Shown: positions 43,895-53,557 of the stretch, piece after piece
Numbering within the stretch: position 1 is the stretch's first letter
Layout: every line of letters starts with the position of its first letter
DNA from: Candidatus Aminicenantes bacterium UBA2190
GTDB lineage: Bacteria > Acidobacteriota > Aminicenantia > UBA2199
Direction of reading: 5' to 3'
Assembly (NCBI GenBank): GCA_002335385.1
Contig: DCVK01000071.1
Coordinates: 13,330-77,329, forward strand
Length of the DNA: 64,000 nt
Notes under the pieces: generated by a model
Told to the model about the DNA's origin: nothing
The model's input: the letters and a program-made list of their open reading frames with translations, nothing else
Database searches by the model: none
Position numbers and translations under genes: made by a program

Positions 43895-46800
43895 ATGGCG
43901 ATGATCCGCAGGGTATTCGTGGAAAAGAAAGGCGGGTTCGCCGGCGAGGCCCGGGCGCTGCTGGCCGACCTGCGCGACAACCTGGGGGTGAGGGCGTTGA
44001 GCGGCGTGCGCCTGCTCAACCGCTACGACGTGTGCGGCCTCCTGGCCGGAGAATGGCAGCGGGCGTGCCGGGGCATCTTTTCCGAACCGCCGCTGGACGA
44101 GGTGCGCGAGGAGAAATTGGCGCTGGCAGCGGGCGAGACCGCATTCGCCGTCGAATACCTGCCCGGGCAGTACGACCAGCGGGCCGACTCCGCCTGGCAG
44201 TGCCTGCAGCTGCTTTTCCCGCGCCGCCGCTCCGAGGTGGCCGCCGCCCGCGTCATCGTCCTGAGCGGGGAGCTGACGCCGGCCGATGTGGATACGGTCA
44301 AGCGCTATCTCATCAACCCGGTGGACTCGCGCGAGGCCGCCATGGCCAAGCCGCGTTCGCTGACGCTGCGCCCGGCCGCACCGGCAGCGGTGCCGGTCCT
44401 GAAGGGTTTCAACGCCATGAGCGGCGAAGGGCTGCGCCGCCTGGCGCAGGAGCTGGGCCTGGCCATGGACGAGGCCGACCTGCGCTTCTGCCAGGCCCAT
44501 TTCCGCGACCGGGAGAAGCGCGACCCGACCCTGACCGAGGTGCGCCTGCTCGACACCTACTGGTCGGACCATTGCCGGCACACCACCTTCCTGGCCGCCA
44601 TCGACAGCATCGAGATCTCCCCCGGCGCCTGGGCCGAGCCCATGCGCCGGGCTTATGAGAGCTACCTGGAGGCGCGCAGCGGCCTCTACCGCCGGCGCTC
44701 CGTCGATCTCTGCCTGATGGATCTGGCCATGATGGCCATGAAGGAGCTCCGCGCCCGGGGGCGGCTGGCGGACGTCGACCTCTCCGACGAGATCAATGCC
44801 TGCACCTTCAAGGCCCTGGTCGACGTCGACGGCGCCAGGGAGGAGTGGCTGGTCCTCTTCAAGAACGAGACGCACAATCACCCGACCGAGATCGAGCCCT
44901 TCGGCGGCGCCGCCACCTGCCTGGGCGGCGCCATCCGCGATCCCCTGTCGGGGCGGGCCTTCGTCTACCAGGCCATGCGCGTCACCGGCAGCGGCGATCC
45001 CCGCCGGCCGGTCGCCGCCACCCTGCCGGGGAAGCTGCCGCAGCGCAAGATCACCACCGAGGCGGCCCACGGCTACAGCTCCTACGGCAACCAGGTGGGG
45101 CTGGCCACCGGCCAGGTCAGCGAGGCCTACCATGAGGGCTATGTAGCCAAGCGCCTGGAGATCGGCGCCGTCATCGGCGCCGCGCCGCGGCGCAACGTCG
45201 TGCGCCGCGAGCCGGCGCCCGGTGACGTGGTGCTGCTGGTGGGCGGCCGTACCGGACGCGACGGCATCGGCGGCGCCACCGGCTCCTCCAAGGCCCATGG
45301 CGAGGGGTCGCTGCGCAGCTGCGGCGCCGAGGTACAGAAGGGCAACCCGCCGGTCGAGCGCAAGCTGCAGCGGCTGTTCCGCGATCCGCGCGCCAGCCGC
45401 CTGATCAAGCGCTGCAACGACTTCGGCGCCGGCGGCGTCGCCGTGGCCGTCGGCGAGCTGGCGCCGGGCCTGGAGATCGACCTCGACCGCGTGCCCAAGA
45501 AATATGCCGGGCTCAACGGCACCGAGCTCGCCCTCTCCGAGTCGCAGGAGCGCATGGCCGTGGTGCTGAGCGCCGCCGACGCGCGCCGCTTCCAGAAGCT
45601 GGCCGCCGCCGAGAACCTCGAGGCCACCGTCATCGCCCGGGTCAGCGCCCGCCCGCGACTGAGGATGAAATGGCGCGGCCGCGCCATCGTCGATCTGCAG
45701 CGCGCCTTCCTCGACAGCCATGGCGCCCGGCGCCGGGCAGCGGTAAGGGTCGAGGCGCCCGATGCCGCCGGCGACTTCTTCAAGGCCCTGCCCGGCGGCA
45801 ACAAGCTGGCCGACCTGGGCGCTGCCTGGAAGGCGATGCTGGAGGGTTTGAGCGTCTGTTCGCAGAAGGGGCTGGGCGAACGCTTCGACTCCTCCATCGG
45901 CGCCGCCACGGTCCTCTATCCCCACGGCGGCCGCTTCCTGTCCACCCCGGTGGAAGCCATGGTCGCCAAGATGCCCCTGGCGGCGGGGGAGACGAACAGC
46001 GCCACAATCATGAGCTACGGCTTCCAGCCCGCCCTCTCCGCCTGGAGCCCGTTCCACGGCGGCATCTATGCGGTGATCGAGGCGCTGGCGCGCCTGGCGG
46101 CCTGCGGCGGCGACAGCGGCCGCGCCCGCCTGACGCTGCAGGAGTACTTCCCCAAGCCCGGCCTGGACCCGCGGCGCTGGGGATTGCCGTTCGCCGCCCT
46201 GCTGGGGGCGTTCACCGCCCAGCGCGAGCTGGAGGTCGCCGCCATCGGCGGCAAGGACAGCATGTCGGGCTCCTTCCGTGACCTGGACGTGCCGCCGACC
46301 CTGGTCGCCTTCGCCGTCGCCCTGGTGGACGCGCGCCGCGTCCTCTCTCCCGAGTTCAAGAAGGCGGGCAGCCAGGTCGTGCTGCTGGCGCTGCCGCGCG
46401 ACGATCGCGAGATGCCCGATTTCGCCGTGTTCAAAAAGAACTGCGCGCGCGTTCACGAGCTGGCCGGCCGCGGCAAGATCCTGGCCGCCCAGTCGCTGCA
46501 TGCCGGCGGCCTGGCCGAGGCGATCAGCAAGATGTGCTTCGGCAACCGCCTGGGCTTCACGTTCGACAGGGAGCTGCCCGCCCAGGAGCTGCTGGCGCCC
46601 GCCATCGGCTCGCTGCTGCTGGAGGTGCCGGAAAAGGAGGACGCGGCCAGGCTGTTCGCCGGGACCGGCCACCGCCTCCTGGGCCGGACCGTTGCCGCGG
46701 CCAAGATCCGCGTCAACCAGTTGGAGCTGGACGTGGCGGAGCTGCAGGCGCATTGGGAAAAGCCGCTGGAGGAGATCTTTCCCACCCGGGCGCAAGCCGC

Positions 46801-47677
46801 CCCGCAGGACGCCGGCGGAGGCGAACGGCCGCTGTTCCGCGGTCGGCCGCCGGCCAGGAGCGGACGGCCGCTGGCCAGGCCGCGGGTGCTCATCACCGTC
46901 TTCCCGGGAACGAACAACGAGTACGACGTAGCCCGCGCCTTCGTGAAGGCGGGAGCCGTCCCCGACGTCTTCGTCTTCCGCAACCTGACCGCCGCCGCCA
47001 GCGAGGCATCCACGGCCGAGCTGGCGCGCAAGCTGCGCAACGCGCAGATGCTCATGATCCCCGGCGGCTTCAGCGCCGGCGATGAGCCCGACGGCTCGGG
47101 CAAGTTCATCGCCGCCGCCTTCCGCCATCCGCGCCTGTGCGACGCCGTCCATCACCTGCTGGAAAGGAGGGACGGGCTGATCCTGGGCATCTGCAACGGT
47201 TTCCAGGCCCTGGTCAAGCTGGGGCTGCTGCCCCACGGCGAGATCCGCGACCTCACTCCCGACTCGCCGACGCTGGCCGCCAACCTCATCGGCCGCTTCG
47301 TGTCACGGCCGGTGCGCACCCGGGTGGTCTCGACGCTGTCGCCGTGGTTCTCGCTCTGCAAGGCCGGCGAGATCCACACCGTGCCGGTGGCCCACGCCGA
47401 GGGGCGCTTCACGGCGCCGGCGGCGACCGTCGAGCTGCTGTTCTCCCTGGGGCAGGTGGCCACGCAGTACGTCGACTTCGACGGCAAGCCGGCCATGGAT
47501 TCCTTTTTCAATCCCAACGGCTCGCTGCTGGCCATCGAGGGCATCACCAGCCCCGACGGCCGCGTCCTGGGCAAGATGGCCCATTCCGAGCGCCTGCTGG
47601 GCAGCGACCTCTTCAAGAACGTCCCCGGCAACAAGGATCAGAAAATATTCGCCTCCGGGGTGAGGTATTTCAAATAA
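43895..47677 (+). CDS. purL: Phosphoribosylformylglycinamidine synthase (single-chain large FGAM synthase)
   Basis: 1260 aa with an AAGGAG RBS. Contains NETHNHPTEIEPFGGAATCLGGAIRD and a C-terminal glutamine amidotransferase domain (GICNGFQ). Confidence 0.92.
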   Translation: MAMIRRVFVEKKGGFAGEARALLADLRDNLGVRALSGVRLLNRYDVCGLLAGEWQRACRGIFSEPPLDEVREEKLALAAGETAFAVEYLPGQYDQRADSAWQCLQLLFPRRRSEVAAARVIVLSGELTPADVDTVKRYLINPVDSREAAMAKPRSLTLRPAAPAAVPVLKGFNAMSGEGLRRLAQELGLAMDEADLRFCQAHFRDREKRDPTLTEVRLLDTYWSDHCRHTTFLAAIDSIEISPGAWAEPMRRAYESYLEARSGLYRRRSVDLCLMDLAMMAMKELRARGRLADVDLSDEINACTFKALVDVDGAREEWLVLFKNETHNHPTEIEPFGGAATCLGGAIRDPLSGRAFVYQAMRVTGSGDPRRPVAATLPGKLPQRKITTEAAHGYSSYGNQVGLATGQVSEAYHEGYVAKRLEIGAVIGAAPRRNVVRREPAPGDVVLLVGGRTGRDGIGGATGSSKAHGEGSLRSCGAEVQKGNPPVERKLQRLFRDPRASRLIKRCNDFGAGGVAVAVGELAPGLEIDLDRVPKKYAGLNGTELALSESQERMAVVLSAADARRFQKLAAAENLEATVIARVSARPRLRMKWRGRAIVDLQRAFLDSHGARRRAAVRVEAPDAAGDFFKALPGGNKLADLGAAWKAMLEGLSVCSQKGLGERFDSSIGAATVLYPHGGRFLSTPVEAMVAKMPLAAGETNSATIMSYGFQPALSAWSPFHGGIYAVIEALARLAACGGDSGRARLTLQEYFPKPGLDPRRWGLPFAALLGAFTAQRELEVAAIGGKDSMSGSFRDLDVPPTLVAFAVALVDARRVLSPEFKKAGSQVVLLALPRDDREMPDFAVFKKNCARVHELAGRGKILAAQSLHAGGLAEAISKMCFGNRLGFTFDRELPAQELLAPAIGSLLLEVPEKEDAARLFAGTGHRLLGRTVAAAKIRVNQLELDVAELQAHWEKPLEEIFPTRAQAAPQDAGGGERPLFRGRPPARSGRPLARPRVLITVFPGTNNEYDVARAFVKAGAVPDVFVFRNLTAAASEASTAELARKLRNAQMLMIPGGFSAGDEPDGSGKFIAAAFRHPRLCDAVHHLLERRDGLILGICNGFQALVKLGLLPHGEIRDLTPDSPTLAANLIGRFVSRPVRTRVVSTLSPWFSLCKAGEIHTVPVAHAEGRFTAPAATVELLFSLGQVATQYVDFDGKPAMDSFFNPNGSLLAIEGITSPDGRVLGKMAHSERLLGSDLFKNVPGNKDQKIFASGVRYFK

Positions 47678-47778
47678 TCTGCCTGAACTGCGGGGGAGGG
47701 GGAACTGTGCTTCTTCCATATCGGCTGGTCGCTGTGGTTCATCAACTTGAGTAGGACGTTTATCCCGGCGTTAAAAAA

Positions 47779-48222
47779 ATGAGAATCACTGAAATGACAA
47801 AAGAAGAGAATGAAATCAAGGAAATGGTCGACCGCGAGACGCGGGGATGGGACACCCGGGACGCGGCGCTGCTGACGACCCTGTTTCATCCCGACATGGT
47901 CTGGCCCTGGCCGCGGACCTTTCAATCGCACGACCCGCTGGATTGGATATTCGTGCTCGGGAGGTTCAACCGGGAGCGCTGGATGAAAAACTGGCAGGAA
48001 CTGTTCGACTCCCATGAGCTGGAGCATAATATCAGGGAAATAAAGAAGATCGTCGTCAGCGAGGAAAAAGACGGGGCGTTCGCCGTCGTGGATATTGATA
48101 CGTTCTGGGTGGAAAAGCGGACGGGCAAGCATAACCATTGGAAGGGCAGGGTGTGCAAGGTCTATGCCAGGATCGGCGACGAATGGAAGATGACCATGCA
48201 CACCGGGGTATTGGCATATTGA
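47779..48222 (+). CDS. SnoaL-like / NTF2-fold (DUF4440-like) protein
   Basis: 147 aa; EMVDRETRGWDTRDAALLTTLFHPDMVW is typical of the fold. Noticeably more A+T-rich than its neighbours. Confidence 0.6.
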   Translation: MRITEMTKEENEIKEMVDRETRGWDTRDAALLTTLFHPDMVWPWPRTFQSHDPLDWIFVLGRFNRERWMKNWQELFDSHELEHNIREIKKIVVSEEKDGAFAVVDIDTFWVEKRTGKHNHWKGRVCKVYARIGDEWKMTMHTGVLAY

Positions 48223-48351
48223 TGAGGGAATGGAATAATTGACCATGTGCGGAAAAAGTGAGCGGCGCGACAATAGGCTGAAGATCGTGATGGCTTATAT
48301 GGCGAATGTTATGAAAGGAATACCGGAGGAACATATTTTACCCGAGGAGGG

Positions 48352-48834
48352 ATGTCCATGGCCAAGGCGTTGATCGTGTATTATTCCCGGAGCGGCAATA
48401 CCCGGAAGATGGCGGAATCCATCGCCGAGGGCATTCGCCGGGAGGATGTGGAGGCGGATGTCCGGGATGTCAAGGACGTCACCCCCGCCGATCTCAAGGC
48501 GTTCGCTGCCATCGTCGTCGGTTCTCCCACCTATTACGGGAGCATGGCCGCCGAGATCAAGAAGCTGTTCGACGAGTCCATTCGCTTCCACGGCAAGCTG
48601 GACGGAAAGATCGGCGCGGCCTTCGCCTCCAGCGCCAACATCGGCGGCGGCAACGAGACGACGATCCTTGATATTTTGAACGCCATGCTGATCCACGGCA
48701 TGATCGTGCAGGGCGACTGGCAGGGGGACCACTACGGCCCGGTGGCGATCGGCGCTCCCGATGAGCGGGCCGTCAAGGAGTGCCTGCGCGCCGGCGGCCG
48801 GATCGCCCGGCTGGTCAAGAGATTGGCGGATTAG
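48352..48834 (+). CDS. Flavodoxin-fold protein (WrbA/NAD(P)H-quinone reductase-like)
   Basis: KALIVYYSRSGNTRKMAE (FMN phosphate-binding loop) and GSPTYYGSMAAE. Confidence 0.8.
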   Translation: MSMAKALIVYYSRSGNTRKMAESIAEGIRREDVEADVRDVKDVTPADLKAFAAIVVGSPTYYGSMAAEIKKLFDESIRFHGKLDGKIGAAFASSANIGGGNETTILDILNAMLIHGMIVQGDWQGDHYGPVAIGAPDERAVKECLRAGGRIARLVKRLAD

Positions 48835-48922
48835 GCGCTCCACAAGAATATTTTCCGGCAGCGGATCCGGTGCCGCCGGGTTTGGACGTGGTCGCGTGTG
48901 GCTGCCCGGGTAATTTGCTATA

Positions 48923-49675
48923 ATGCCTGAAATGAAAACCTGGAAGACGAAGTGCGGATATGCGATCAGCAAATTACTGGCCGGCCGGAGCAATGTTTTT
49001 CTCTTGTCGCATGACGGAAAGAACATCCTGGTCGATACCGGCCCGGGCCGCAGCTGGAAAACGCTGGACCGGCGCTTGCGGCGGCTGGGTGTAGTGCGCC
49101 TCGATGCCCTGGTCCTGACCCACGCCCACTACGATCATGCCGGCAACGCGGCCCGGCTGCAGGAGAAGTATGAAGCCAGGGTGATCGCGCATATCGCCGA
49201 AGGGCCTTTCCTGGCCCGGGGCGAGAACAATGCCGTCGGCGGCACCAACGCGCTGGCCCGCCTTGTGGTCGCCGGCCTGGGCAAGTACTTTGCCCGGCGG
49301 GCCCGCTATGAACCGTGCCGGCCCAATCTCCAGGTCGATCCTTCCTTCGACCTGCGCGAATTCGGGTTCAATGCCCATGCCCTGCACACTCCCGGCCACA
49401 CGGCCGGCTCGCTGAGCGTGATCGTCGACGACGAGATCGCCCTGGTGGGTGACGCCATGTTCGGGATCTTCCCCGGGTCGGTCTTCCCGCCCTACGCCGT
49501 GGACACCGGCGAGACGGTCAGCAGCTGGGGAAAATTGCTGGCCACGAAATGCCGCCTTTTTCTTCCGGCCCACGGTTCGGCGAATCCCCGGCAGCTGGTG
49601 TTGAAGGATTATGATAAAAGAAGCGCCCGCAGGGAAAAAGGAGGATGCGCTGGGCCAAGTAAAATCGATCGCTGA
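48923..49675 (+). CDS. MBL-fold metallo-hydrolase
   Basis: LVLTHAHYDHAGN (HxHxDH motif). 250 aa. Confidence 0.85.
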   Translation: MPEMKTWKTKCGYAISKLLAGRSNVFLLSHDGKNILVDTGPGRSWKTLDRRLRRLGVVRLDALVLTHAHYDHAGNAARLQEKYEARVIAHIAEGPFLARGENNAVGGTNALARLVVAGLGKYFARRARYEPCRPNLQVDPSFDLREFGFNAHALHTPGHTAGSLSVIVDDEIALVGDAMFGIFPGSVFPPYAVDTGETVSSWGKLLATKCRLFLPAHGSANPRQLVLKDYDKRSARREKGGCAGPSKIDR

Positions 49676-49792
49676 AAGCAGTACGTTACCCGGTTCCAGG
49701 GCCGGATTCAAGGTCGTCGACCGCACTTCAAAAAACAGGCCCATGGTCAGGTTCTGCAAGCGAATGGATGCATCCACCAGGGAGAAAAATTC

Positions 49793-50386
49793 ATGAAAAC
49801 GGGAAAAAAACACCGCGTCTGCCCGGTGGAGGAGGCGGGGATGCTCGAGCACCCGCTGCGCCGGCTGTACGAGAGCCCGAAGCGCATCCTTCGCCCTTTC
49901 GTTTGCGAAGGGATGGCCGTTCTCGACTTCGGCTGCGGCCCGGGCTTCTTCACCCTGGAGATGGCGCGCCGCGTCGGCCCCGCCGGTCATGTCACCGCCG
50001 TCGACCTGCAGCAGGGGATGCTGGACAAGGCGCGGGAAAAGCTCGAGCGGGCGGGGCTGGCGGAGCGGGTGAGGTTCCATCGCTGCGGCGCCGACGTTGT
50101 CGGCCTGGCGGGGGCGTTTGATTTCATCCTGGTTTTCCATGTGCTTCACGAAGTGCCTGACCAAAAGAATTTATTGTTTGAAATGAAGAGTCTTTTGCAG
50201 CCGGGGGGCCGAATGCTTGTCGTGGAACCCGGTTTCCATGTTTCCCGGGAGGAATTCCGGGCAGCGAGCGAAATAATGGAACAGGCCGGGCTGGAGGTCG
50301 GACCAGGGCCGCGCATCCCGTTCAGCCGCACGGCCGTGTTGCGAGAAGCCGGCAATGAAAACGTAGAAAACCGGGCGCGGGACTAG
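49793..50386 (+). CDS. Class I SAM-dependent methyltransferase
   Basis: VLDFGCGPGFFT (motif I) and ILVFHVLHEV. 197 aa. Confidence 0.85.
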   Translation: MKTGKKHRVCPVEEAGMLEHPLRRLYESPKRILRPFVCEGMAVLDFGCGPGFFTLEMARRVGPAGHVTAVDLQQGMLDKAREKLERAGLAERVRFHRCGADVVGLAGAFDFILVFHVLHEVPDQKNLLFEMKSLLQPGGRMLVVEPGFHVSREEFRAASEIMEQAGLEVGPGPRIPFSRTAVLREAGNENVENRARD

Positions 50387-50522
50387 GATCGTCCAGGTTC
50401 CGGGAATGCCGGCACGGCGATTAATTTTCAATTTATGGTGCTCAAACGGCACGGCTGCGGGTTTAAGAGTTATCATGCTTGTGATAGAATTGCCAAACAT
50501 GTCGGCCATAAGGGGAACGCTC

Positions 50523-51635
50523 ATGAAAAGGATCGGCAACCGGCGGTTTTTGCTTTCACTGGTTCTGGTGTTCAGCTTGTTTCTCATGCCGGCCTGCCGG
50601 CCGGAGGAGGTCATCCCGACACCCGAGCCGGGGCCGAAAGCCGCGCGCGAAACGGTTGTATTCGTCGCCGGCTGGGGCGATACGGATGATGAAAGCTTCG
50701 CCGGCTATTGGCAGGATGGCCAATGGAAGGGTCTGAGCGCATGCAGCGACCCCGGGGAAAGGCCCTGGCGTTATGCCAATGCCATTTCCGTTTCCGGGGA
50801 CGATGTCTATGTCGGCGGATACAACGGCTGCGATTCTAAACTCGTGGCCTGTTATTGGAAAAACGGGGCGCGGACCGACCTGGCGCATCCCGCGGCCGAC
50901 AGCCATGCCAGATCCATGTGCGTTTCCGGGGACGACGTCTATATCGCCGGCTGGCTCGATTTCGGCGACTACACGATCCCCTGCTACTGGACGAACGGGG
51001 TGTGCACCGAGTTGAGCCGCCTGGGCCCGAGCAGGGTCGACCAGGCGGAGGCGATCGTCCTTGCCGACGGGGACGTTTATGTCGCCGGGACCGTCAACAG
51101 GAACCCCGACGCGAGCCAGATGATCTCCTCCCCCTGTTATTGGAAGAACGGCGAGCGGGTCGACCTGAAGGCCTACGATACCCTGAACCTCGGGTTCGGC
51201 AACTCGATCTGCGTGGCACAGGGCAAAGTCTATGTCGCCGGACATGTCGCGTATGGCTGCAGCTCGATGCCCTGCTACTGGGTCGACGGCGTCCGCTACG
51301 ATTTGAAAAAGGACGTCCCCGGCTGGGCGAACTCCATCCAGGTTTCGGGGACGGACATCTATATCGCCGGCATGGTGCAAACGGGGGAGGGCGAGAGCTA
51401 CAAGACGACGCCCTGCGTGTGGAAGAACAAGGCGCGCACCGACCTGGACGTGGCCGATAGCGGCTCCGCGTGGTCCATCTTTGTCCTGGACCAGAACGTG
51501 TTCGTCGCCGGATTCGGCAACAGCGGTTCTTATTACCATACCCCCTGCTACTGGAAGAACGGCGTGCGCACCGACCTCGTGCCGGGGGGCTATCCCGGAG
51601 GTTGCGCCCATTCCGTCTTCGCGACATACAAATAG
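50523..51635 (+). CDS. Lipoprotein with about seven tandem ~48-aa repeats (probable beta-propeller)
   Basis: ATG at 50523. Lipobox FLMPAC. The recurring unit is ...(S/C)(I/V)xVSGxDVY(V/I)AG...PCYW(K/T)NGxRTDL... Confidence 0.65.
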   Translation: MKRIGNRRFLLSLVLVFSLFLMPACRPEEVIPTPEPGPKAARETVVFVAGWGDTDDESFAGYWQDGQWKGLSACSDPGERPWRYANAISVSGDDVYVGGYNGCDSKLVACYWKNGARTDLAHPAADSHARSMCVSGDDVYIAGWLDFGDYTIPCYWTNGVCTELSRLGPSRVDQAEAIVLADGDVYVAGTVNRNPDASQMISSPCYWKNGERVDLKAYDTLNLGFGNSICVAQGKVYVAGHVAYGCSSMPCYWVDGVRYDLKKDVPGWANSIQVSGTDIYIAGMVQTGEGESYKTTPCVWKNKARTDLDVADSGSAWSIFVLDQNVFVAGFGNSGSYYHTPCYWKNGVRTDLVPGGYPGGCAHSVFATYK

Positions 51636-51744
51636 GAAACCCCGGAGTTGCCATTCTTGGCGGCGGCATTCCAAGCGCGCGGCATCTCCTCGCCGTCCGG
51701 AGCCGAAAAATCCGGCAGCCAACGGGAATTACTAAAGCCGCGCG

Positions 51745-51773
51745 TTGACATTTTCGCCGGAATTCCCCAGAAT
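51745..51773 (+). promoter_or_regulatory. Candidate promoter of the ligase-SDR-KASIII-KASIII operon
   Basis: TTGACA (51745-51750), a 17-nt spacer, then CAGAAT (51768-51773). The flank CGCGTTGACA and a GGAATTC in the spacer are shared with the rubredoxin promoter. Confidence 0.35.
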
Positions 51774-51856
51774 AGGGCGAATCGCAGACGGATATCCCGG
51801 TTCGAGCGACGGAATGCCGCCGGATGGCGGCGGAAGCTTGTCATGGAGGATACAGC

Positions 51857-53557
51857 ATGCAGATGGACCGTCCCTGGCTGAAGCACTACGAACCCGGCGT
51901 CCCCCACGACATCGAGACGCCCGCAACGACCCTGCAGGACCTGCTGCCCCGGGCCGCCGAAAAGTATCCCGGGCGCACGGCGCTGGTCATGGCGATGGCC
52001 GCCGCCGGCCGGCTCTTTTCCTACCCCGTCTCCTACCAGCGGCTCCAGCGCGACGTCGACCGCTTCGCCGCCGGGCTGCAGGGGCTCGGAGTGCAGGCGG
52101 GGGACCGCGTGGCCCTCTATTTGCCCAATTGCCCGCAGTTCGTCATCGCCTACCTGGCGGCCGCGCGCGCCGGGGCCATCGTCGTCCCCTTCAACCCGCT
52201 CTACTCGGCCCGCGAGACCGAGTACCAGCTCAAGGACTGCGGTGCGACCGTGGCCGTTGTCCTCGACCGCTTCTTCCCGCTGGTCGACGGCGTGCGCGCC
52301 AGGACCGGCCTGCGCCACGTGGTGGTCACGCGCATCAAGGAGTATTTCCCGCCGCTGCTCTGGACGCTGTATACCCTGACCAGGGAGCGCAGGCTGGAGG
52401 AGTTCCGCCTGCGCCCCGGCGACCGCTGGTTCCGGGACCTGCTCGGCTCCGGCACGCCCCGCCCGGTGCGCGTGGACAGCGAGGATACCGCGGTCCTGCT
52501 CTATACCGGGGGCACGACCGGCGTATCGAAGGGGGTCGAGCTTTCGCACCGCAACCTGATGGTGAACATGGAGCAGAACCGCATGTGGGCCGGCATCCGC
52601 GACGGCGTTGAGGTGTCGCTGGCGGCGGTGCCCCTGTTCCACGGCTTCGGCCTCACCTGCTGCCTGCACCTGGGATTGCGCACCGGGGCGACCATCCTGC
52701 TGGCGCCCATGCCCACCGACACCGCCGGCCTGATCCAGACCATCGAACGGCTGCGGCCGACGATCTTCCCGGTGGTGCCGACCTTCCTGATTTCGATCGC
52801 CGGCTTCCCGGGCATCGAGGGCCGCGACCTGCGCTCCGTGCGCGTCTGCCCCTGCGCCGGTTCGCCGCTGGCGCCGGCGGTGCAGCGCACGTTCATCGCC
52901 AAGACGGGCGTGCGCCCGGTGGAAGGCTACGGGCTGACCGAGGCCGGCCCGGTGACCCACGGCAACCCGCCTTTCGGCGACGACCGTCACGGCACCATCG
53001 GCCTGCCGTACCCGGGAACCGAGGCGCGCGTCGTCGACTTCGAGACCGGCGGGATCGACATGCCCTTTGAGGGCGAGTGGACGCAGCCCGGGGAGATCAT
53101 CATCCGCGGGCCGCAGGTGATGAAGGGCTACTGGCAACGTCCGCAGGAGACGGCGGCGCAGATCCGCAACGGCTGGCTGCACACCGGAGATATCGGCCAG
53201 ATGCATCGCGACGGCTACTTCCGCGTCGTCGACCGCCTGAAGGACATGATCATCCGCTCGGGGATGAACATCTACCCGGCCGAGGTGGAGGCCGTGCTCC
53301 ACGAGCACCCCAAGGTGCTCGAGGCGCTGGTGATCGGCATTCCCGACGCCGTGCGCGGCGAGCTGGTCAAGGCCTTCGTGGTGCCGCGCGACGGCGTTCA
53401 GCTCGAGGAGGAAGAGATCCTGGCCTTCTGCCGGCAGAACCTGGCCAAGTTCAAGGTGCCCTCGGCGGTGGAGATCCGCGACGGCCTGCGCCACTCGGCG
53501 GTGGGCAAGCCCCTGCGCCGCGCCCTGCGCGAGGAGCTGAACCTGGTGACGGCGTGA
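51857..53557 (+). CDS. fadD: Long-chain fatty acid-CoA ligase (FadD-like AMP-forming adenylating enzyme)
   Basis: ATG at 51857 follows GGAGGA. WLKHYEPGVPHDIE is a FadD-type N-terminus. YTGGTTGVSKGV is the AMP-binding motif. GWLHTGDIG is also present. Confidence 0.85.
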   Translation: MQMDRPWLKHYEPGVPHDIETPATTLQDLLPRAAEKYPGRTALVMAMAAAGRLFSYPVSYQRLQRDVDRFAAGLQGLGVQAGDRVALYLPNCPQFVIAYLAAARAGAIVVPFNPLYSARETEYQLKDCGATVAVVLDRFFPLVDGVRARTGLRHVVVTRIKEYFPPLLWTLYTLTRERRLEEFRLRPGDRWFRDLLGSGTPRPVRVDSEDTAVLLYTGGTTGVSKGVELSHRNLMVNMEQNRMWAGIRDGVEVSLAAVPLFHGFGLTCCLHLGLRTGATILLAPMPTDTAGLIQTIERLRPTIFPVVPTFLISIAGFPGIEGRDLRSVRVCPCAGSPLAPAVQRTFIAKTGVRPVEGYGLTEAGPVTHGNPPFGDDRHGTIGLPYPGTEARVVDFETGGIDMPFEGEWTQPGEIIIRGPQVMKGYWQRPQETAAQIRNGWLHTGDIGQMHRDGYFRVVDRLKDMIIRSGMNIYPAEVEAVLHEHPKVLEALVIGIPDAVRGELVKAFVVPRDGVQLEEEEILAFCRQNLAKFKVPSAVEIRDGLRHSAVGKPLRRALREELNLVTA

